From NCBI GenBank assembly GCA_020697055.1, contig JAJFBP010000018.1:10730-42729 (forward strand): a stretch of 32,000 nucleotides of DNA. Direction: 5' to 3'. Both the position numbers and the translations under genes were made by a program. Positions 7,887-14,781 of this stretch are shown here, in pieces. Numbering within the stretch: the first letter of the stretch is position 1; each line of letters starts with the position of its first letter. This stretch comes from Panacagrimonas sp. (GTDB lineage: Bacteria > Pseudomonadota > Gammaproteobacteria > Nevskiales > Nevskiaceae). The notes under the pieces are model-generated. The model was not told the origin of the DNA and ran no database searches. It was given only the letters and a program-made list of their open reading frames with translations.

Positions 7887-8960
7887 ATGTCCCGCCTCCT
7901 GCCCCGCTCCTGGCTCAGCCCGTTCGTGTCGCCCGCCGTGTTCGATTTCTGGGCCGCCCGCCTGCGCCCGGAAGCCTCGTGGGACCGATGCCTGGCGCGC
8001 GTGGTGTCGCGCAGCGTCGAGGCGCGTGACGCCGTGACGCTGGTGCTGCAGCCCAACCGCCACTTCGCGGGCTTCCGCGCGGGGCAGCACGTGAACGTCG
8101 GCGTCGAGGTCGACGGGGTGCTGCAGACGCGCAGCTACAGCCCGTCGGATGCACCGCGCGCCGATGGTCGCGTGTCGATCACCGTGCGCAACGTCGAGGG
8201 CGGCAAGGTCAGTTCGCACCTGTGCCTGCACACGCGCGTCGGCGACGTCCTCGAACTCGGCCCCGCCTACGGCGAGATGACGGCCGTCGACGGACCGCGC
8301 CTGTTCTGCGCTGCCGGCAGCGGCATCACCCCGCTGGTCAGCCTCGTGCGGGCCGCGGCCGAAGCGCCGACCGCGCTCGACCTGGACCTGGTCTATTGGG
8401 CGCGCCGTCGCACCGACCTGTGCTTTGCCGATGAACTGCGCGAGATGGCCGCGCGCACGCCGGGCCTGCGCGTGCACTTCGTCCTGACCCGCGAAGCCGA
8501 ACTCGAAGCCGGCGAATACGCCGGCCGTCCGAGCGCCGGATTACTGGACCGCCTCGTGCCCGATCACGCGCAGCGGACCGTCAGCGCCTGCGGGCCGGCC
8601 GGCTTCGTCGATTCGCTGCGCGCGCTGCTCGACGGCCGTTGCGCCGGCTTCCACGCCGAGAGCTTCACGCCGCCCGCGCCGATCGAGCCGACCGACGTCA
8701 CCGGCACCGTGCGGGTGGAACTCGTGCGCAGCGGCCGCACGCTCGAGGTGACCGCCGGCACGCCGCTGCTGGCCGCGCTCGAAGCGCAGGGCCTGAAACT
8801 TGCGTACGGCTGCCGCATGGGCCTGTGCAACACCTGCGCGTGCGGCAAGCGCGAAGGCACGACCCATAACGTCCTCAACGGCGAGTTCGACGGCGAGCCG
8901 CGCAGCGCGCTGCGCCTGTGCATCAACCGCGCCGCTTCCGACCTGATCCTCGATCTCTGA
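7887..8960 (+). CDS. desC: Ferredoxin-NAD(P) reductase-type oxidoreductase with C-terminal 2Fe-2S ferredoxin domain (DesC-like electron donor for the desaturase)
   Basis: 357 aa. The FAD-binding RSYSPS motif, the NAD-binding CAAGSGITPL motif and the C-terminal plant-type 2Fe-2S cysteines CRMGLCNTCAC..LC are present. The gene ends 11 nt before the desaturase gene. Confidence 0.9.
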   Translation: MSRLLPRSWLSPFVSPAVFDFWAARLRPEASWDRCLARVVSRSVEARDAVTLVLQPNRHFAGFRAGQHVNVGVEVDGVLQTRSYSPSDAPRADGRVSITVRNVEGGKVSSHLCLHTRVGDVLELGPAYGEMTAVDGPRLFCAAGSGITPLVSLVRAAAEAPTALDLDLVYWARRRTDLCFADELREMAARTPGLRVHFVLTREAELEAGEYAGRPSAGLLDRLVPDHAQRTVSACGPAGFVDSLRALLDGRCAGFHAESFTPPAPIEPTDVTGTVRVELVRSGRTLEVTAGTPLLAALEAQGLKLAYGCRMGLCNTCACGKREGTTHNVLNGEFDGEPRSALRLCINRAASDLILDL

Positions 8961-8971
8961 TTCCCGATCCC

Positions 8972-10084
8972 ATGGCTTCCGCGATCCGTCCCCTGTCCGC
9001 CTGCGACCTCGACGCCTTCGGCGCCGAGCTCGACGCCCTGCGCGCGCGCACCGTCGCCAAGATCGGCGAGGAGGACGCGCGCTACATCCGCCGCGTGGTG
9101 AAGGTGCAGCGCTACATGGAGGCCGCCGGCCGCGTGCTGCTGTTCGCCAGCGCGTTCCCGGTCGTCGGCTGGCTGCTGTGCTGGCCGCTGGGGACGCTGC
9201 TGCTGGGTGTCTCCAAGATTCTCGAGAACATGGAGATCGGCCACAACGTGATGCACGGCCAGTACGACTTCATGCGCGACCCGCATCTGAACGGCAAGAC
9301 CTACGAGTGGGACATCGTCGGAACCTCCGATGCATGGCGCAAGACGCACAACTTCAAGCACCACACCTACACCAACGTCCGCGGCATGGACGACGACATC
9401 GGCTACGGCCTGCTGCGACTGTTCCCCGAGCAGCGCTGGCGCCCGTTCTTCCTGGCCCAGCCGATCGTGGCGATCGTCTTCGCGCTCGCGTTCGAATGGG
9501 GCGTGGCGATCCAGGATCTGGAGCTGGGCAAGTACCTGGCCGGCCGCAAGAGCAAGGAACAGCTCAAGCGCGAGTGGACGCCGGTGGCGCGCAAGATGCG
9601 TCGCCAGCTGATCAAGGACTACCTGGTGTTCCCGCTGCTCGCCGGTCCCTTCTTCCTGCCGGTGCTTGCGGGCAACTTCGTCGCCAACATCATTCGCAAC
9701 CTGTGGACGTACACCGTGATCTTCTGCGGGCACTTCACTGCCGACGTGCACCTGTTCTCGAAGAGCGTGGTGGAGAACGAAACGCGCGGGCATTGGTACT
9801 GGCGCCAGATCCTGGGCTCGTCGAACCTGCGCGGCGGAAAACTCTTTCACGTGATGACCGGCAACCTCAGCCACCAGATCGAGCACCACCTGTATCCGGA
9901 CATCCCGGCGTGGCGCTACGAGGGCCTGGCGCGCGAAGTACGCGCCATCTGCGCGCGCTACGGCGTGCCGTACAACACCGGCCGCATGTCGTCGCAGTTC
10001 GCGCAGGTGGTGTGGCGGATCTTGCGCCACGCGCTGCCCAGCCGGCCGGCTCGCGCGCCGGCGATCGACGCACTGCCGGCGTGA
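8972..10084 (+). CDS. desB: Membrane acyl-CoA (fatty-acid) desaturase, DesB/DesA3-like
   Basis: Three His boxes are present: HNVMHG, HNFKHHTYTN and HQIEHHLYP. Hydrophobic segments are present. The ATG at 8972 (MASAIRPL) follows the desC stop. Confidence 0.92.
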   Translation: MASAIRPLSACDLDAFGAELDALRARTVAKIGEEDARYIRRVVKVQRYMEAAGRVLLFASAFPVVGWLLCWPLGTLLLGVSKILENMEIGHNVMHGQYDFMRDPHLNGKTYEWDIVGTSDAWRKTHNFKHHTYTNVRGMDDDIGYGLLRLFPEQRWRPFFLAQPIVAIVFALAFEWGVAIQDLELGKYLAGRKSKEQLKREWTPVARKMRRQLIKDYLVFPLLAGPFFLPVLAGNFVANIIRNLWTYTVIFCGHFTADVHLFSKSVVENETRGHWYWRQILGSSNLRGGKLFHVMTGNLSHQIEHHLYPDIPAWRYEGLAREVRAICARYGVPYNTGRMSSQFAQVVWRILRHALPSRPARAPAIDALPA

Positions 10085-10088
10085 TGCG

Positions 10089-10943
10089 ATGCGCGCCTGG
10101 ACGCTCGGCGTGCTGGTATTGGCAACGCTGATCGGGGTCGCGGCCTGGCACACGCTGTATTGGGGCGCCGAGCTCGAACCGGCCGATTTTGCGTACCCGG
10201 GTGCGCCGTCGCAGGTCTCCTGCGCGAAGGCAGCACCCGCGACGGCCGATCTTCCGCGCGTTCGCGTCCGCGCCCCGCGCAACTACCGCGCCGATCACGC
10301 GCACGGGCTGCTCGTGGTCTTCAGCCCGGCCGGATTCGCTCCGGCACTGACCGAACGCTTCACGGGACTGACGCGACGCGCGACGGCGCAGGGCGTGATC
10401 GTCGCGTACGTCGGCAGCAGCCCGCTGAGCGCCGAACTGGCATCGCGCCTGGTGCAGGTGCCACAGGCGGTGGCGCGCAACTGGTGCATCGATGCCTCGC
10501 GCATCGCCTTCACCGGTCACTCGGACGGCGGCACGCTGGCGCAGGTAGTGGCGTTGCAGGCCGCCACGCCCGGCGCGCTGCAGCCGCGTGCGATCGTGGC
10601 GAGCGGCGCCGGCCTGCTCGAATCGGACTTCGGCACGCTCGACTGCCCCGTATCCCGTGAACTCGACGTGCTGATCCTGCACGGCCGCAACGATCGGCAT
10701 TTCCCCGACTACGGCGCATCGGCGACACGCGCCTGGGCGCGATGCCTGGGCTGCGCGCCCGATCCCGTCACCGACGCGTTCGATTGCCAGCACCACGCGG
10801 GCTGTCGCGGGCATCTGACGTTCTGCCAGCACGACGGCCGCCACTGGAACTGGCCCGACCTGTTTCGTCAGACCACGGTCGATGCGGCAGGTCCGTCCGG
10901 GGCTCCTTTGGGGCATGGCGACGGTACCGGCGGAGGCGTATAA
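10089..10943 (+). CDS. Alpha/beta-hydrolase esterase (PHB-depolymerase/LpqC-like), N-terminally membrane-anchored or secreted
   Basis: 284 aa with the hydrophobic N-terminus WTLGVLVLATLIGVAAW and the nucleophile elbow GHSDGG. The gene starts 4 nt after the desB stop. Confidence 0.75.
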   Translation: MRAWTLGVLVLATLIGVAAWHTLYWGAELEPADFAYPGAPSQVSCAKAAPATADLPRVRVRAPRNYRADHAHGLLVVFSPAGFAPALTERFTGLTRRATAQGVIVAYVGSSPLSAELASRLVQVPQAVARNWCIDASRIAFTGHSDGGTLAQVVALQAATPGALQPRAIVASGAGLLESDFGTLDCPVSRELDVLILHGRNDRHFPDYGASATRAWARCLGCAPDPVTDAFDCQHHAGCRGHLTFCQHDGRHWNWPDLFRQTTVDAAGPSGAPLGHGDGTGGGV

Positions 10944-10994
10944 GGGCGGAGGTTGAACGATCGGTTTTTCCAAGCCGGCCCTGGAGTGAGAACG

Positions 10995-11747
10995 ATGAGC
11001 GCCCGCCACGTCGCCACCGCAGAAGTCGCCCCGAAGGCTCCGTGGGTGCAGCTCGCCCTCGTGCTGTTCGGCACCGGAGCGGTCTTCGCGATCTATCGCG
11101 TGTACCAACAGACGACGGCGTTCACGCTGGGCCTCGACTACTTCTCCGAGGACTTCCAGACCTACTGGATGAACCTGCTCTACGCGCAGCTGCCGATCCT
11201 GACGCTGCTCGGCGCCGGCATCGTCGGCCGGTTGTGGATGACGCGCGAACGCAATCCGGCGGCGGTGAGCCCGCGCGAGGAATTGCGCCGCCACTACGTG
11301 GTGCTGTCGCAGATCCTGGTGTTCGCGGTCGTCGCCTACCTGACCGCATCGATCTTCACCGAGGCCGACGCCGCCTGGCACCAGGTCACGATCCGCGACA
11401 CCGACTTCACGCCGACCCACATCGCGCTGTTCTACTTCGGCATCCCCTGTTTCATCATGGCCGGCGTCGTCGCCTTCACCTACGCGCACACGCGGCTGCC
11501 CAAGTTCATGAACCGCGTTTCGCTGCCCTTCGCGATCGTCGTGGCCGGGCCGATCATGATCATGCCCAACCTGGGTCTGAACGAATGGGGCCACACCTTC
11601 TTCTACGCCGAGGAACTGTTCGCGGCGCCGATCCACTGGGGGTTCGTGCTGCTGGGTTGGGCGACCTTCGCTGCCGGCGGACTCGTGGTGCAGCTGCTCA
11701 CCCGCATCGTCGAGCTCACCCGCGTAGCCGGTCGCCCCGAAGTCTGA
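10995..11747 (+). CDS. xmoC: Copper membrane monooxygenase subunit C (AmoC/PmoC family)
   Basis: The ATG at 10995 lies 8 nt after GGAG. The motifs EADAAWHQVTIRDTDFTPTH (D-x3-H-x12-H) and NEWGHTFFYAEELFAAPIHWGF (N-x3-H-x13-H) are near-identical to PmoC/AmoC consensus motifs. The protein is polytopic. Confidence 0.93.
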   Translation: MSARHVATAEVAPKAPWVQLALVLFGTGAVFAIYRVYQQTTAFTLGLDYFSEDFQTYWMNLLYAQLPILTLLGAGIVGRLWMTRERNPAAVSPREELRRHYVVLSQILVFAVVAYLTASIFTEADAAWHQVTIRDTDFTPTHIALFYFGIPCFIMAGVVAFTYAHTRLPKFMNRVSLPFAIVVAGPIMIMPNLGLNEWGHTFFYAEELFAAPIHWGFVLLGWATFAAGGLVVQLLTRIVELTRVAGRPEV

Positions 11748-11819
11748 GTTTCGCCTCACGCGACGTCCGCGGAATCCGCCATCGACCAAGAGCGGAGCCG
11801 CACAGGGAGGAATCACCGC

Positions 11820-12596
11820 ATGGCCGAAGACTCGGCGCCACCGCCGGCCTCACCGTCGACCCAGAGCGGGGTCGCGAACCTCGCTGAACAGCGGCGCGCG
11901 TACATCCAGTTCGACATGCTGGTGATTCCGCTGATCGTGCTGCTGTTCATGGGCATCTTCAGCTTCCACTTCGCGCTGCTGGTCGGCGACTGGGACTACT
12001 GGGTCGACTGGCGCGATCGCCGCTGGTGGCCGCTGGTGACGCCGCTGTGCCTGGCGGTGTTGCCCGGCGTGTTCGGCTACCTGCTGTGGGAGCGCCTGCG
12101 CCTGCCGCTGGCCGGCACGCTGACGATCCTGTGCCTGACGGTGGCTTCCTGGATCAGCCGTTATCTGAACTTCTACCTGTTCGCGGATTTTCCGATGAAC
12201 ATGGTGTGGCCTTCGACCTACGTGGCGCTGGGCCTGATCTTCGACTGCATCCTGCTGCTGTCGCGCAGCTTCTTCTGGACCGGTCTGGCGGGCGGCTTCC
12301 TGTTCGGCCTGCTGGTGTATCCGCTCAACTGGCCGCTGCTCGCGCCCTACATGGTGCCGGTGGAACTGCACGGGACGATGCTCACCGTGGCCGACCTGCA
12401 GGGCTACGAATACGTGCGCACCGCCATTCCCGAATACGTGCGCAAGATCGAGCAATCCACGCTGCGCACCTTCGGTGAGGCGGTGACGCCGCTGACGGCG
12501 GTGTTCGCCGGGTTCGTCAACATCCTCAACACCTGGCTGTGGATGTGGGTCGGCTACCTCGGCGCCAAGGCCGTGTGGATCCGGAAGATCACGTGA
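11820..12596 (+). CDS. xmoA: Copper membrane monooxygenase subunit A (AmoA/PmoA family)
   Basis: GGGAGG lies 9 nt upstream of the start. The AmoA/PmoA hallmarks GDWDYWVDWRDRRWWP and ..TAIPEYVRKIEQSTLRTFG.. are present. 258 aa with multiple TM helices. Confidence 0.95.
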   Translation: MAEDSAPPPASPSTQSGVANLAEQRRAYIQFDMLVIPLIVLLFMGIFSFHFALLVGDWDYWVDWRDRRWWPLVTPLCLAVLPGVFGYLLWERLRLPLAGTLTILCLTVASWISRYLNFYLFADFPMNMVWPSTYVALGLIFDCILLLSRSFFWTGLAGGFLFGLLVYPLNWPLLAPYMVPVELHGTMLTVADLQGYEYVRTAIPEYVRKIEQSTLRTFGEAVTPLTAVFAGFVNILNTWLWMWVGYLGAKAVWIRKIT

Positions 12597-13813
12597 GCGC
12601 GGTCCTGCGATGGCTGGTCGCGATGGGCCTTGCGCTGGTCGCCAGCGCCGTGGGCGCGCACGGCGAAAAGGCGCAGATGCCGCAGCTGCGCATGAGCACG
12701 GTGCACTGGTTCGATCTCGAGGTCTCGACCACCAAGCTTTCGGTCAACGACGAGATCGTCGTACGCGGCCGCTTCATGCCCTCGATGCACTGGCCCCATC
12801 ACGTCGAATCGATCGAGGACACCGCGTTTCTCAACATCGGCGTCCCCGGCCCCGCGTTCGTGCGCCTGGAATCGCGGGTCAACGGCGTGCCGATGATCCG
12901 CTCGACGCGCTTCTTTCGCGGTGAAACCTACGAATTCATGATCCGCATGAAGGCGCGCAAGCCCGGGCGCTACCACGTCCACCCGCTGATCAACGTCAAG
13001 GGCACCGGCCCGATCATCGGACCCGGCCGCTGGATCGAGGTCGGCGGCGATCCCGCCGCATTTGAACTCAAGGCCAAGACGCTGCTCGGCCGGGAGATCG
13101 ACCTGGAGTCCTACGGCTTCGCCAACGTACTCGGCTGGTCGGCGTTCTGGTTCCTGCTCGGCCTGTCCTGGTTCGTCTACTGGCTGTGGAAGTGCCCGAT
13201 CGTGATCCCGCGCTTCAAGCAGCGCGACGAACTGGGCGTGGACGCCGACCGGATGATCACGCGCACCGATCGCCGCACCGGCCTGATCTACCTGGCCGTC
13301 ACGCTGTGCGCGATCGTCGGCGGCTACCAGTACGCGCAGGCGTCCTACCCGATCACCACGCCGCTGCAGACCGGGCGCGTCGACGTGCCGCCGGCCGATC
13401 CCGGCCCGCGCGTCGTGACGGCCACGATGGTCGAGGCGCGCTACCGAATTCCGGGTCGCAGCTTTCGCATCGAGATGGAAGTGACCAACCACGGGGACAA
13501 GGCGCTCTCGATCGGCGAAATGGCCGCCGGCAACCTGCGCTTCATCAACGCCGCGGTGAAGCCGGTGCAGCCGGCCGACGAGGACGATCTGGTCGCCGTC
13601 GATTCGCTGCGCGTCGAGAACGCGCCGATCCCGCCCGGCGAGACCCGCACCGTCGTGATCTACGCCGACGACGCGCTGTGGGAGACCCAGCGCATGACCA
13701 CGATGATCAAATCGCCCGATGCCAACGTCGCCGCGCTGCTGTTCTTCTACGACACCGACGGCCGGCGCCACCACGTCGAGATCGGCGGGCCGATGATCCC
13801 GGTGTTCGGTTGA
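12593..13813 (+). CDS. xmoB: Copper membrane monooxygenase subunit B (AmoB/PmoB family)
   Basis: The GTG start overlaps the xmoA stop (GTGA). The signal peptide ends ..ASAVGA|HGEKAQMPQLRMSTVHWFDL, which is the PmoB-type mature N-terminus. The HxH motif (RYHVHPLINV) and GTGPIIGPGRWIEVGG are present, followed by two TM helices and a C-terminal cupredoxin-like domain. Confidence 0.93.
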   Translation: MSAVLRWLVAMGLALVASAVGAHGEKAQMPQLRMSTVHWFDLEVSTTKLSVNDEIVVRGRFMPSMHWPHHVESIEDTAFLNIGVPGPAFVRLESRVNGVPMIRSTRFFRGETYEFMIRMKARKPGRYHVHPLINVKGTGPIIGPGRWIEVGGDPAAFELKAKTLLGREIDLESYGFANVLGWSAFWFLLGLSWFVYWLWKCPIVIPRFKQRDELGVDADRMITRTDRRTGLIYLAVTLCAIVGGYQYAQASYPITTPLQTGRVDVPPADPGPRVVTATMVEARYRIPGRSFRIEMEVTNHGDKALSIGEMAAGNLRFINAAVKPVQPADEDDLVAVDSLRVENAPIPPGETRTVVIYADDALWETQRMTTMIKSPDANVAALLFFYDTDGRRHHVEIGGPMIPVFG

Positions 13814-14403
13814 TGCGGCAGACCCTCGCGGCACTCCTGCTGCTGCTCTGCGCGCCGGCCGCGCTCGGCCACGGCGGCGTGTCGATGGAGGACGACACCT
13901 GCATCATGCGCATCGGCCTGTTCCGTGCGCACTTCACCGGCTACCAGCCCGAGACGCGCGCAACGCAGGAGTTCTGCGAGGACATCCCCGAACTGGGCAA
14001 GGCGATCATCGTCGTCGACTTCATCGACAACGCGCTGCGCAGCTACCAGGTGGAATTCCGCGTGCTGCGCGACGTGCACGAACTGGGGAAACGTGCGCGG
14101 CTCGACGATCTGGGCGACGCCAATGCCATCGACGCAGCGACGTTGTTCAAGCTCGATGCGACGAAGTATCCGAAGGGGACGCTCACCTTCGAACAGCGCT
14201 TCGAACACCCCGGCTGGTACATCGGCGTGCTCAGCGCCCGCGACGATGCGGGGCACACGATCGACTCGGTGTTTCCGTTCCAGGTCGGTGTCTCGCATCC
14301 CTGGCGCTACATCCCGGCGTTCGTGCTCGTGCTCGTCCTGAGCCTTTTGATATACCGCCTGACCGGGCGCAACCTGCCGGCCGCTGCCAAGTCCGAACCC
14401 TGA
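13813..14403 (+). CDS. Exported, C-terminally membrane-anchored protein in the 'D' position of the CuMMO operon (PmoD/AmoD-like by position and topology; homology unverified)
   Basis: The ATG shares 1 nt with the xmoB stop (TGATG). The signal peptide is MRQTLAALLLLLCAPAALG|HGG... A ~150-aa soluble domain with Cys/Met/His residues (DDTCIMRIGLFRAHF, EFCEDIP) is followed by the C-terminal TM helix YIPAFVLVLVLSLLIY. The long upstream extension in the track (13186) is a frame shadow over xmoB. Confidence 0.7.
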   Translation: MRQTLAALLLLLCAPAALGHGGVSMEDDTCIMRIGLFRAHFTGYQPETRATQEFCEDIPELGKAIIVVDFIDNALRSYQVEFRVLRDVHELGKRARLDDLGDANAIDAATLFKLDATKYPKGTLTFEQRFEHPGWYIGVLSARDDAGHTIDSVFPFQVGVSHPWRYIPAFVLVLVLSLLIYRLTGRNLPAAAKSEP

Positions 14404-14406
14404 ACC

Positions 14407-14781
14407 ATGATCCGGTTGCTCTTCGCCGCCCTGCTGATCGCCTTCGGCACCGGCGCCTGGGCGCACGCTGCGCTGACCAAGTCGATCCCCGGCAATCGCG
14501 AAGTGCTGGCGGCCTCGCCCGCGTCCATCCACCTCAAGTTCAACGAGAAGGTCGAGGCGAAGTTCTCGAAGGTCTCGCTCGAGGACGCGCACGGCAAGCC
14601 GGTGACGCTCGGCACGCCGGCCGTGGCCGCCGATGACCCCTATGCCCTGCAGACGCCGGTGACCGGGCCGCTGGCAGCGGGGCGCTACACCGTGCGCTAC
14701 CGCGTGCTGTCGCAGGACGGCCACGTCATCGAACGCTCGTTCGTCTTCACGATCGGGACGCCGGAGACGCCGACCCCGTGA
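14407..14781 (+). CDS. copC: Periplasmic copper chaperone CopC
   Basis: 124 aa. The signal peptide ends ..GTGAWA|HAALTKSIP, giving the CopC-type N-terminal His. The ..VLSQDGHV.. motif is present. The gene starts 3 nt after the upstream stop. Confidence 0.9.
   Translation: MIRLLFAALLIAFGTGAWAHAALTKSIPGNREVLAASPASIHLKFNEKVEAKFSKVSLEDAHGKPVTLGTPAVAADDPYALQTPVTGPLAAGRYTVRYRVLSQDGHVIERSFVFTIGTPETPTP

Noticed and set aside
9867-11816. 649-aa minus-strand ORF spanning desB, the esterase and xmoC
   Set aside because: It is antisense to three genes with strong family signatures and has no motifs of its own.
10995-13813. Calling the operon pmoCAB (methane) or amoCAB (ammonia) specifically
   Set aside because: Substrate cannot be inferred from conserved ligands alone. 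No methanol dehydrogenase (MxaF/XoxF type) or hydroxylamine-oxidation genes are in the window, so the neutral xmo naming is kept.
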